Source: Eledone cirrhosa
Lineage: Eukaryota
DNA: 64,000 nt
Assembly (NCBI GenBank): GCA_964016885.1
Contig: OZ024741.1
Span: 173,166,001 to 173,230,000 of the forward strand
Direction of reading: 5' to 3'
Shown: positions 29,719 through 41,525 of the stretch, piece by piece
How the letters are laid out: each line of letters starts with the position of its first letter
Numbering within the stretch: the first letter of the stretch is position 1
The notes under the pieces: generated by a model
Told to the model about the DNA's origin: nothing
The model's database searches: none
Seen by the model: only the letters and a program-made list of their open reading frames with translations
Program-made: the position numbers and the translations under genes

Positions 29719-31617
29719 ATGAATAACACGAATGGAACGCTGGAGAACGTCGACAGAGAAAAGAGGGAGAAAGAGGCAGATTTTAACGTTATATCTGCTT
29801 CTGCTACTATGGACGTCGCCATAGATACGACTGTCAACAAAGGGGGAAAAATATTGCCACTTGAAGATTGTACAATTTCTACCGTCGAAGCAGAAAAAAA
29901 TGAAAACACAGGAATTAAACCCATTAACATACATACACATGAAAAAAACAACATCAACAACTCCACAGATACATCTACACATAAAGTTTCACCTCGTCAA
30001 GGAACTGAGATTTCCAACACCGAGGCTAACGTCGATAACATCAACAACAACAGCAACACCACACACACAAAAATGTCTTTCGCTGAAACAGTGAACAAAA
30101 AACAAGATTTTATAAATCTTGACATCTCCAATGCAAGAGATATGCTCCAGCAAGGGAGAAAATTTGTAACTTTCGAAGAAAATGGTGGGTTTAGAATTAA
30201 CTCACCCCTTGAAATAAAGGAAGACACAGTTCGAAGATCAGTGATCTTTAGGACTGTGTCCAATACCACGAGAAAGCCGATATTTGTTAGCCAAGGAGAT
30301 ATAGAAAATACCTTGAAAGAAATTCTAGCAAATATCGAATTTCTCCAACGAGGAAAACAGTACGGAAGTGTTTCCGTATTGTTTAAAAGCGAGGCACTCG
30401 CCCAAAAACATTCTGTGACACCAATAGTGTCAAAAGCATTCACCTTTTTCCCTACATATGTGGGGAAAAAGGACACAAAAAATAAAAATAAAAAATATAC
30501 CACCAAACATTAACATCTGGTAGATCTTAGCTGGCTTCGTAGAGCCAGAAACTGATATGATTCTTTCGATACGAAAGTCTATTCGACAAAGTGGGCGGGT
30601 ACTGATTTGGAGATTCTGTTGCAAATGAGGCCGGAGAGAATCTCCAAAATACCCGAAAGAGTCATCATCGATGATAACAACAAAATAAACATTTCGGTAG
30701 AAGGACGAAAATTTCATTGCTTTCGCTATGGTAGCACAGCACACCTAAAAGCCTCTTGTCCTTCACAAACACACCACAACAACATCATTAAAAAAACACT
30801 ATTACCAACACCAACACCAAAACAACCACCACCACCGCAAGTACAACGACAGACGAAACGAGCAACCACACCAAAACAAACAGACACTCAACCAACAACA
30901 ACAGAAAACACAGAGACAACATCCCTGAAGAACACATCCCCACTCCATCCCACTCCATCAAACACTACCACAAACACACATACCGAAACACCACCACCAC
31001 CACATAACATACCCTTACCCCACACACCTGACGATGATTATTCATCGACGGATGAAGCTGCTTCTCCTTCTTTAAGTGAAGAGGGAGAACCGCGGAAATC
31101 TAAAAAACAAAAAAAGAGACACCACAAAACCCCCAAAACTCCAATCACCAACACCAACACACAACCACAGACACAAACAACAACACAAACAACACCACAG
31201 TCAAACATCCCCCTACCATAAAAACCAACACCAATACTACCCCAAACACAAGCACCCACCATAAAAAGAAAACTCCCGGACAAAAAACAAACTAAAACAA
31301 CACAACAAAAACACAAACAACAATACGCAAACATCAACACAAACAAGAGTTTGATGGCGGTCATCTCCCAAAACCCCAAGGTTGAGACGGAGGGCAAAAC
31401 TTTCGTCAAGGCAGAATCGTCACCACACGTTAAACTTATAAGGGTTTCTATGGAAACCTATAATGACCTGAAAAATAAATTTTCACAGGACGTGGGCAAC
31501 CCCTGCCAGAAACCCATCAACCGCGTCCTGTTAAAATATTTCCCCACTCCACCCAACACCCCATCCAGCACCCAAATGGAGATTGAACAACCCGATCTCC
31601 AGGAAACGAAAAGGTAA
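29719..31617 (+). pseudogene. Tx1 ORF1 (RRM-like region, degenerate CCHC knuckle, Pro/Thr-rich tail), frameshifted
   Basis: Pieces 29719-30513, 30607-31221, 31351-31617; knuckle C-FR-Y-GSTA-H-LKAS-C; ends ETKR*. Confidence 0.8.
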
Positions 31618-31658
31618 GTGCGACTTTCGTCCTTTTTCTCCAACTCTTCTTCACCAAC

Positions 31659-34600
31659 ATGGCTAGTTTACGAGTTGGAAGCGTGAATGTGCGTGGCCTA
31701 GGGATGCCCTGGAAACAGGGCCAACTTTTAAACGACCTTAGGTCACACGGTATGGATGTGACAGCCATCACCGAGTCCAGGATCCACAACAGGCAGCAAC
31801 TAACCCCCATCTTCGACGACTTTGAGATCTACGCATCTCTCTGTTAGCCAGGAGGTGGAGGTGGAGTGGCTGTTATGTTTCGGAAGAACCTGGACATCGG
31901 AGTACAGCAAGTACACTTGGACCCGGAGGGTAGACTGGTAGTTCTAGACGTGAACAGTATTGGAGGTGGAGCCTTCAGACTGGTGGCCGTTTATGCCCCG
32001 ACCGGGCAATCGCAATCACGGCCAGACTTCTTTAAGCGTCTAGAATCTTTTCTGGGAACGTCTCGCTCCTTGCTTTTAGTGGGGGACTGGAATGGTATCC
32101 TAGATGCACGATGGGACTATGTGGGAGCATGTCCCGGTAGAGCGGGGTGCAACAGCCTCAAAACTTTAATCGGCCAATTCCAACTGGCCGATAGGTATCG
32201 ACTGGATTTCCCGACTGCACCACAGTGGACGTGGGCAAACCGCAGCGGGACATCTAGATCGTATTTAGATAGGTTCTTCATTAGAGAAAGGGACAAGGAG
32301 ATGTTAAGCAGTCCACGAATGCACATGTTTGCCTATTCAGATCACAAATTAGTCGTCTGCTTAGTCAACCGTGATAGAATACATAGACAAGGACCCGGAT
32401 ACTGGAAGCTGAACGTGTCGTTGCCGGCACGTAAGCTTACAGTGAACGGATAAGTAGATTAGTCAAGCAACAGTTAACGGGAGCCATCGTCAACAATAAA
32501 TGGTGGTACTCTCTCAAGAAAGCAATTAGAATAGAATCGATAGGGTTTAGCAGAGAATTAGCCTTAGAGAAAAACAAAATAGAAAGAGAACTAGTAGCCA
32601 AGGTAGAGGAGGCACTTAGAAGTGGCAACGCGGCTAGAGTGTTAGCGTCGAGAACGGCACTGGACCAGTTCTTCCATGCAAAACACCAAGGCTGCGTGGT
32701 CAGAAGCAAAACATGTGCTCTAGGAAACGAAGGAGTGAAAGCTGTCAGCTGGGCCCGAGTGGCGGAAGCGAAAAGTGGCAACAAGTCCACGACCAAAACG
32801 GACGCGTGCTACTTGACCCCAAGCAAATTTGCGCGGCCATTCAGCAGCACTTTGCGCGACTGTTTGAGCAGAACGACGGTGAGCCGAACGGGGCAATGGA
32901 CTTTAGTTCATACCTCGACGGCCTGCCGCGTCTCTCGAACACGGACGCCGAGTTCTGCGAAAGACCGATCACGGACACTGAGATACGGGACGCTCTGTGT
33001 CGCTGCGGGAAACGCAAGTCACCCGGTGTAGATGGTCTACCCTATGAGTTTTACATAGGCATGCCGGACTTGGTCTCTGGCGTCCTCGAAGTCGTCTACT
33101 GCAATTGGCAGCAGAACGGGAGAATTCCCGGTTCTGCAGGCAAGGGCGTAGTAACGCTGATCAGGAAAGACGAGAACAAGGGGGATGAAATTAACAACTT
33201 CAGGCCCATAACTCTGCTCAACACAGAGTTAAAGATTTTGGCCAAGGTGCTAGCGACGAGGTTGGCGCTTGTCGTCGAGAACCTGGTAGGGAAAGCGCAA
33301 ACGTGTGCAATCCCGACCAGGTCCATACACGACAACCTCCACCTCATGCGATACATCATAGAGAGGGTGGGTAGTAAACCCGGCTTCGGTGGGGCTCTGA
33401 TCAATTTAGATCAGTCTAAAGCATTCGATAGGGTCGATCCTCGATACTTGGAAGCGGTTCTCAAGGCGGCCGGTTCCGGCCCCGTTTTCAGAGGCTGGAT
33501 CGAGGCGATGCACAACAGCATCTGCTCGAGGGTCAAGTTGAACGGCTACTTATCGGAGCCGTTCGCAATCACGCGTTCCATTCGGCAGGGGTGCCCTCTC
33601 TTCTCCATTCTGTATGTATTGACTCTGGAGCCACTACTGCGGAAATTGGAGCTGTTGCAGGGCATCCCTCTAGAACCGGGACTGCGCAAAGCGGTGTCGG
33701 CTTATGCCGACGACGTGACGGTAATGGTGTCGAGCACCTCGGAAATCGGGGTGATCGGCAACTTACTGAAAGAATACGAAACGCTGACAGGAGCAAAACT
33801 AAACCCGGACAAGTCTGAGGTTTGCAACTCGGTACGTGGAGAGGCAAACGGATGACGTCCGACAGCGTCGTTGGGCGCTGGACGGACGGACCGGTGAAAT
33901 TGCTCGAGGTCTGGTTCGGTCCAGACCTCCAGGAGGAGAAAAACTGGAATGAGGTCACGACCAAGATGTTTGCACTCACCCAGAAGTGGGTAGAGTGCAA
34001 ACTGTCCTTGAAAGGTCCAGCGGAGGTGGCGAACATTTTCATAGCGTCCGTCATCTACTACGCTTGACTGTCGTGCCTTGTCCCCGTGAACACCTTGCCA
34101 AGATGAAACGCATGCTCTTCCAGTGGAAGAAGCAGGCTCCGCCGGTGAGGAGATCCTTCTGCTGTCAGCACCCTTCCAACGGAGGGCTGGGAATGCCGTG
34201 GCTGATGATGCGCAAACATGCGCTGAGGCTGCGGCATCTCCAGGTATTCCTCACCGACCCCCAACCGGTGTGTGCACCGTTTGTGAGAGAGGCTTTCCCA
34301 CAGCTCGTCTCGCTGACGGAGCTGCAGTCCAGGGTCAAGAAAAGACCGAAAACGATGGGCGCCTGGCACAATGAATGCGCTCAGGCGCTCACAGTCCTCT
34401 GACAAGCGGGCACAGCAATCAGTGGAGACTCCACTTCGACATTCTATAGAGGGATTGTACGTTACAAGAGCGACGACGTGCTCGGAGAGATCCTAGGCGT
34501 CGACGACGATGAGCTCACCAGTCTGTTTGGTAAGACTTTCCGCCCGGGACCTATGGACAACTTCCAGAGGTCCCTGGCCTGGCAGTGCTACCGAGGAGCT

Positions 34601-35076
34601 CTACCGGTTCGTGACAAGATCTACAGGCACGGACGCCCCGGCAGGGATCCTTTCAAGAGGACGTGTCCAAGATGCGCGCAGGACATTGAACCAGTCCTGC
34701 ACGCAATTGTACACTGCCCGGGCGTAACCGACCTGTGGAACTATACAGAACAACTGCTGTCGCGTATGGGACAAATCTGGTTGAGTGCCGAGTCCATAGT
34801 GAGGATCAAACCGCCAGCCTCTTTCAAAAACGAGAGACGGTTTTCCTCTGTACGGTGGCTATGGTGAAAGAAGTTATATGGTGGACGAGATTGAGGGGAC
34901 TGAGGACAGATGCCTTTCTCTCCAGACAATAATTGATTCCCTTCTTTAAGTATCACTTTAGAAGGAGAATCAGAGTGGAGAGAGAGGCACTGCACCCCAG
35001 TAAATTTACTGAAAGGTGGGTGAATGAAGCGAAAATGGCCCGAGTGATTGGGCCTTCTCTGTTTATAAGCCTGTAG
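31659..35076 (+). pseudogene. Tx1 ORF2 (APE-RT-zinc finger) with several stops and frameshifts
   Basis: NVRG, TES, GDWN, YLDRF, SDHK; KSPGVDGLP, FRPITLLNT, DQSKAFDRV, RQGCPL, AYADDV; CPRC...HAIVHC. Confidence 0.93.
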
Positions 35077-35496
35077 GTTGAAGATAGCAAAAGGAAGAAA
35101 GCAGCACTTGCACAACACGCTCCTGGAGTTGAGGATTGTTCTATCGACGGGGTATTAAACAACCCATTTGTGGGGCCTCTCCCCTATTGGGGATTTCGAT
35201 TGTTGTAATTGTTTGTTTTTATATTTTTTACACGACTGTATGTAAAATCCCCGGCATGTCTTTGTATTGTCCCCTTTTCTTGTGCGCCCTTGTGGCAAAT
35301 AAAGAAATATATCTATCTATATATCTATCTCTATCTATCTATCTATCTATCTCTTTCCAAAAGAAATTGGCTGTAGTCAGACCTGGAAAGGAATGAAATC
35401 CTACGGCTCCATCATTTCAATCACTCTATGTAAAATGTGGAAGGATTACTAAAAGAATTAATTGTTTCATTCTTAAGATGGTATTTGTAACATTAG

Positions 35497-35990
35497 GCGG
35501 CGAATTGGCAGAGTCGTTAGAACGTCGGATAGAATGCTCTGAGTTCAAATCCCACCGAGGTCAACTTTGTCTTTCATCCTTTCGAGGTCGATAAAAAAGT
35601 ACCAGTCTAGTACTTGGGTCGATTCTTCCTCTATATCTCTTTCTCATTTCCTCTCACTTTGTATCTTTCGTGTATGTATATATACGTGTGTGTGTTTGTA
35701 TGATTATGTGTAAACGTTTATTTTTATATGCATGTCTATGTGTGTGTACATATATTTTATATATATATATATATAATTGTTTCTACTTATATTCTATTAT
35801 ATATGTGAATTGGCAGTATCGGTAGAGGGTCGGACCCGATGCTTTGACGTATAGAGTTATGGCCCTTGCCATTCTGAGTTCAAATCCCGCCGAGGTTAAC
35901 TTTGCCTTTCATCCTTATGGGGTCGATAAAATAAAGTACCAGTAATCTACTGGGTAATTGCTGGCCTTGTGCCAAAAGTAGAAACAATTA
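35497..35990 (+). mobile_element. Two Meta-like tRNA SINEs (35497-35625 internally deleted; 35807-35990)
   Basis: Same A/B boxes and body as 13935-14750. Confidence 0.85.
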
Positions 35991-36245
35991 TATATATATT
36001 CTATTAGGTGGTTCATGGAGACCACCTAATAGAATATTAGTCCACGGCCTCTTTTATACAATAAACGTGGTTTTGTCTTTACGTGTAATTGTTTTTCACC
36101 GCTCCAAATAATGACGTATTATCTTCGTTTTTTCCCGTTCTTTGTCAGGGAACGTTTCCACGAACCAAAGTATCGTCTTCCTGACTTCCTCCGATTGCAA
36201 CGTTTTTTGAAATATTTACTTCTGCGTTCACAGATTGACTTTTTT

Positions 36246-36296
36246 AGTTTCAGAAGATCCCGTTAAGGCTGAAAGCAGCGATTCTTTGCTTAAACT
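36246..36296 (+). ncRNA. Hammerhead variant (CAGAAGA core) in short remnant 35996-36320
   Basis: AGTTT-CAGAAGA-T-cCC(gttaa)GGc-T-GAA-AGCA(9 nt)TGCT-T-AAACT; stems I and III perfect, stem II weak. Confidence 0.5.
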
Positions 36297-36356
36297 TTAA
36301 TCTGTTATTTTAATAAATACACATATACTTATATATAAATATACACATAAAAATAT

Positions 36357-36587
36357 ATCTATCTATCTAGGGCGGGTAAAATTCCCGAGATCCATGGACG
36401 AGTTTTCTCCAGCGGTCTCTGTCCCTCATTATCGCTGCCATGTCCTGCGTCTCCAACAGACCAGTGTCTGTCCTTAGGGCATCAACATATGTTAACTTCG
36501 GTCTTCCTCTTCCAGTGTGTCCATGCAGGGGCTCCCACAGGAGCACTGAGTGCAGTATCAACTCTGGATGTCGGTGAGCATGTCCAG
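36357..36587 (-). mobile_element. 3' fragment of RTE-X-like LINE with (TAGA)n tail
   Basis: GHAHRHPE...VLLWEPLHGHTGRGRPKLTYVDALRTDTGL; highly similar to 58115-58555. Confidence 0.85.
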
Positions 36588-37012
36588 TTCGTGAGTGAGT
36601 TTTTAATAGGCACTCACAAATAAACGTTTCTCATTGGAGGTGCTATTACCAATGTTCCTACCCGTACAACGCCGGGATACACTGCTAGTCTATATATATA
36701 AAACTGTAGTTGTCTGTGTGTGTCCTCATTTTTGCAAAGTCTATACAAATCCACATTTCTACTCCGATTGACTTCAAACTTGCATTTATATATTCCTTGC
36801 AGTCTAAAGATATTAACTGCAGCTTTTATTTTTTTATTTTTCAATTTTCTGTTGTTAAAGGGGTGTTAGGCGCCGGTTATCGATCACCGTCGAGTCCTTA
36901 TAATATCTGTCTATATGTCTGACTGTCTGCATTACGACATTCTGACGAACACATCATTGCTGACGTATTATCTTCACTAAATTCACACACACACACATAT
37001 TACATATATACT

Positions 37013-37045
<33 letters not shown>

Positions 37046-38239
37046 TAAAATATAGAGAAAAATACTGCTGGTAGCACATGGGTAACATGTAATAAAATAA
37101 GTCCCTCATCAGTGATTTGCCGAAGATCATAGATATTTCATTGCATTAAAAATCATATATCTCACTTCGGTGCAATAATAACCAAAATAAGTTATTAGGA
37201 CAATTAAAACGCGTAAAGCGAGTGAGACAGGAGAACAACAGAAAATATAGCATACCGTAGGGGAGAAACAAGCTTCAAAAATTATTCTGTTTAGCATAAG
37301 CTAGGTGAATATATGAGCGCTTAGAGAATAGAACCTACACGAACGAGGGCTATGAGCAGAGAGAGAAAAAATAGCGTTCGTGAGTGCAGGATGAAATGAA
37401 GAGAAGAGGGAGAAAACAGTGAGTGAGTGAAAGTGTGAGGAAGAGTTAACGGACAAGACAGCGGGGGAGAAACAGAGAGAATGGGGGAACAGTAAGAGAG
37501 AGAGAAAAAACACAGAATCGCAGTGGTAAATATATGTATTAAAATATAGAGAAAAATACTGCTGGTAGCACATGGGTAACATGTAATAAAATAAGTCCCT
37601 CATCAGTGATTTGCCGAAGATCATAGATATTTCATTGCATTAAAAATCATATATCTCACTTCGGTGCAATAATAACCAAAATAAGTTATTAGGACAATTA
37701 AAACGCGTAAAGCGAGTGAGACAGGAGAACAACAGAAAATATAGCATACCGTAGGGGAGAAACAAGCTTCAAAAATTATTCTGTTTAGCATAAGCTAGGT
37801 GAATATATGAGCGCTTAGAGAATAGAACCTACACGAACGAGGGTTATGAGCAGAGCGAGAAAAAATAGCGTTCGTGAGTGCAGGATGAAATGAAGAGAAG
37901 AGGGAGAAAACAGTGAGTGAGTGAAAGTGTGAGGAAGAGTTAACGGACAAGACAGCGGGGGAGAAACAGAGAGAATGGGGGAACAGTAAGAGAGAGAGAA
38001 AAAACACAGAATCGCAGTGGTAAATATATGTATTAAAATATAGAGAAAAATACTGCTGGTAGCACATGGGTAACATGTAATAAAATAAGTCCCTCATCAG
38101 TGATTTGCCGAAGATCATAGATATTTCATTGCATTAAAAATCATATATCTCACTTCGGTGCAATAATAACCAAAATAAGTTATTAGGACAATTAAAACGC
38201 GTAAAATATATATATATATATATATACATATACAAACAC

Positions 38240-38292
<53 letters not shown>

Positions 38293-38355
38293 TATATATA
38301 AATATACACATAAAAATGTGTATATATATATACACACACATATATATATATATAT

Positions 38356-38436
<81 letters not shown>

Positions 38437-38453
38437 TATATATATATATATAC

Positions 38454-38488
<35 letters not shown>

Positions 38489-38499
38489 CATACATACAT

Positions 38500-38531
<32 letters not shown>

Positions 38532-38572
38532 CCATACATAGATACACATATATATATATATATATCTGTGTA

Positions 38573-38670
<98 letters not shown>

Positions 38671-38673
38671 TAC

Positions 38674-38712
<39 letters not shown>

Positions 38713-39405
38713 CACACAAATACATTGCAGGTCGCTTTAACCCGTCTTTTATTATTCAAAAAACTTCTTGCCAATAAACATTAACCCTTTGTGCACCATT
38801 AATCTAACTGTAGACCAACAAATACCAACTAAACGGAGCGTTGACAAGAACGATGGCGAATGAATCTTCAAGGTAAGCAGTTTCCTCCCGAGCTGTAAGT
38901 TCACACGAGATTCTCTGCTACACCTTTTCGTAATAATACCGAACAACGTACTGCTGGTCATTCCTTCCTCCAAAAACCGTACAAAGCGGACATGTGCATC
39001 GGGTAGATGGATCGGGTGCAAATCTACACCAGGCCTACACGAGAAATTCACAAGGGGACTGCACCGAGAGGGATAGAGAGAAAGAGTAACTTAGTGGAAA
39101 GAGTGCGAATGAACTTTTGAGTTAAGTAGCCTACGCCTAACTGCTATGACACTGGACCCTTCTGCCAACTTAACCTGTGACTTTCTCTTTCACATTTACT
39201 CCAAAGGGCCAAAACAGAGGAGTATGAAAAGAATATCTCTATGAATAATGCACGAAGATAACTAAACTGTACTTTCAACTTCTTAATTTTCTCCAAATAA
39301 AACAAATTTTCGTGAGTATTTAACAGGTACTCACAAATAAACGTTTCTCATTGGAGGTGCTATTACCAATGTTCTTACCCGTACAACGCCGGGATACACT
39401 GCTAG
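36588..39405 (+). mobile_element. Non-autonomous Helitron (36689 TC ... CTAG 39405) preceded by the last ~100 nt of another unit
   Basis: 3' hairpin CCCG-tacaacgc-CGGG 8 nt before CTAG, at both 36661-36688 and 39378-39405; 5' start TCTATATATATAAAACTG at 36689; interior interrupted by other repeats. Confidence 0.7.
37043..38205. repeat. 494-bp tandem repeat, ~2.35 near-identical copies, inside (TA)n
   Basis: Units start at 37043, 37537 and 38031; only 2 substitutions seen between the full units. Confidence 0.95.
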
Positions 39406-39411
39406 TATATA

Positions 39412-39624
39412 TATATGAAAAGGTTTAAGCCCGACGGCAGAGCTCAAGCCGTTTCGACGGCTATTTCTGGACTAAGAATCCTAATTTAGCCCAGAAATAG
39501 CCGTCGAAATGGCTTGAGCTCTGCCGTCGGGGTTAAACATTTTCATATTACCCACTCTACTACCCTAAGTATTGAGTACTCCGGTGCGTTATGGTCCATC
39601 TGGTTCCTTACCACACTTCCTTCG

Positions 39625-39626
<2 letters not shown>
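39412..39626 (+). mobile_element. Third ORF-less fold-back of the 18648/18940 PLE pLTR family
   Basis: 39412-39475 inverted against 39486-39549, then ~80-nt tail into (TA)n. Confidence 0.82.
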
Positions 39627-39670
<44 letters not shown>

Positions 39671-39681
<11 letters not shown>

Positions 39682-40075
39682 ATGTAGGAGGTGAGTTTTA
39701 TTGTAGCACAATAATGCAATGCAAATATCGGATAAGTAGCACTCAACAGTTTATTGGACTGGAGTATATATAAGAAGAAATTAAAAGATGGTTAGAAAAG
39801 TTCCATGTATTTTATTATGCGCATTTCAAAAACAAATATCATCCAGGGACGATATTTGCGTTCTCATCAGATAAAATAGGGAGACATGATATGAAGCCCT
39901 GGATGATATTTGTTTTTGAAATGCGCATAATAAAATACATAGAACTTTTCTAACCATCTTTTAATTTCTTCTTATATATACTCCAGTTCAATAAACTGTT
40001 GAGTGCTACTTATCCGATATTTGCATTGCTTTACTGTGCTACAATAAAACTCACCTCCTACATTATATAAATATA
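39671..40075. mobile_element. ORF-less PLE pLTR fold-back (~178-bp arms 39671-39848 / 39897-40075)
   Basis: Near-perfect inverted repeat flanked by (TA)n; contains a hammerhead. Confidence 0.85.
39808..39878 (-). ncRNA. Type I hammerhead, textbook fold
   Basis: Minus: TATTTTAT-CTGATGA-GAAcGCAAATATCGTC(cctg)GATGATATTTGTtTTT-GAA-ATGCGCAT-A-ATAAAATA; 8-bp stem I, palindromic stem III, AUA site. Confidence 0.85.
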
Positions 40076-40118
40076 ACCATCTTTTAATTTCTTCTTATAT
40101 ATTTATATATATATATAC

Positions 40119-40203
<85 letters not shown>

Positions 40204-40206
<3 letters not shown>

Positions 40207-40405
40207 TTTTAATATAGATGAGATTCTACAGGACTAGAACTGTTTCATTCTTTAGAAATCATCAGGAATCAGGGATTCCTGATGATTTCTAAAGAATGAA
40301 ACAGTTCTAGTCCTGTAGAATCTCATCTATATTAAAACTTTTATACTCTGCAATGTATTGAGTACCTTACTTACTGTGGTTACCTCCGATTCAACCCGGA
40401 ATAAC

Positions 40406-40406
<1 letters not shown>
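40204..40406. mobile_element. Minimal PLE fold-back with a complete hammerhead on each strand (40222-40270 minus; 40274-40322 plus)
   Basis: 67-bp perfect inverted arms (40204-40270 / 40274-40340), AGG spacer, 66-nt tail; same family as 8427-8560. Confidence 0.88.
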
Positions 40407-40461
<55 letters not shown>

Positions 40462-40540
40462 CTCCATGAGAAAGTACAAAATTTCCAGTTGTTTGTTAAA
40501 AACCTAATACAAACACTATTGCGTATCCATTCTTCTTTAA

Positions 40541-40744
40541 CCCTTTACCATTTACATTACTCTATATATACTATTATATTTTCACGGTAAAGACTTTACG
40601 TCACATAATTTCGAATCTGAGATTTTGATATTAGTTATTTTGAGAACAATACCTTAACATCGGGTACTGGCCAGTTACGGCCAGTTTGAACAGAAAGGGG
40701 TGAGATAATTATGGCCGGATTTGGCCGGTTTAAATGCTAAAGGG
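40541..40744. mobile_element. piggyBac-like MITE
   Basis: TTAA on both sides (40537-40540, 40745-40748); 14-bp TIR CCCTTTA(C/G)CATTTA with one mismatch. Confidence 0.75.
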
Positions 40745-41264
40745 TTAAGTATAAACATTTATCTCTTTCAATTGTTATTCTCACCACATAAAAAATTGGG
40801 AGGGGAGTCAATATATGAGGATTCATTTAATCAAAAGGGGTCCTTAGTAGTAAAATCGTTGAGAACCACTGGTTTATATATATATATGTGTTTCCGTCTT
40901 TATAGTTTCACTCATTGTGCTCAGCTTAAATAAATTTTCCCAAGATACTGTGCAGTAGTATAGTGTTACAATGAATAACGATTGGGAAGTAACATATTTA
41001 CTATTTGGTCACGTCATGTTTAGTTCCGACCTGGTTCTAAATAACAAAGAACTAGATGTCTAAATATCTGAAATGAGTTATCGTTAATACAACAATAATT
41101 CTTTGAACTGTTAACCTTGTCTTTAAATGTGGCAAATGTTTGGTATTTACATCTATGAGATGAAATTATTTTTAAAAAACATTTTTCATATCTAAAGATG
41201 GGGTCAACAGTTCAGAAAATTATAGATATGTTGGTAAAAAAAAAATAATAAGAAGAAAGATGAA

Positions 41265-41392
41265 AAAGGAGGAGGAGGAGGAGGTGGGGGGGAAAAGAAG
41301 AAGAAGAAGAAGAAGAAGAAGAAGAAGAAGAAGAAGAAGAAGAAGAAGAAGAAGAAGAAGAAGAAGAAGAAGAAGACGACGACGACGACGAC

Positions 41393-41435
<43 letters not shown>

Positions 41436-41525
41436 GTGATGATGATGGCGGCGGCGGCGGCGGCGGCGGCGGTGGTGGTGATGGTGATGGTGATGTTGAT
41501 GATGATGATGATGGTGGTTATGATG
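41265..41525. repeat. Compound trinucleotide microsatellite (GGA)(GAA)n(GAC)n(GAT)n(GGC)n(GGT)n
   Basis: Direct inspection. Confidence 0.95.

Larger units (their letters stand above)
29511..35310 (+). mobile_element. Apparently full-length but inactivated Tx1-clade LINE between (TC)n/(TATC)n tracts
   Basis: 5' UTR, ORF1 29719-31617, ORF2 31659-35076, 3' UTR ending AATAAAGAAA then (TATC)n; clearly homologous to but diverged from 9400-13200. Confidence 0.95.

Noticed and set aside
40790-40872. hAT-type TIR (CAGTGGTTCTCAAC, minus)
   Set aside because: Only one end found and no TSD
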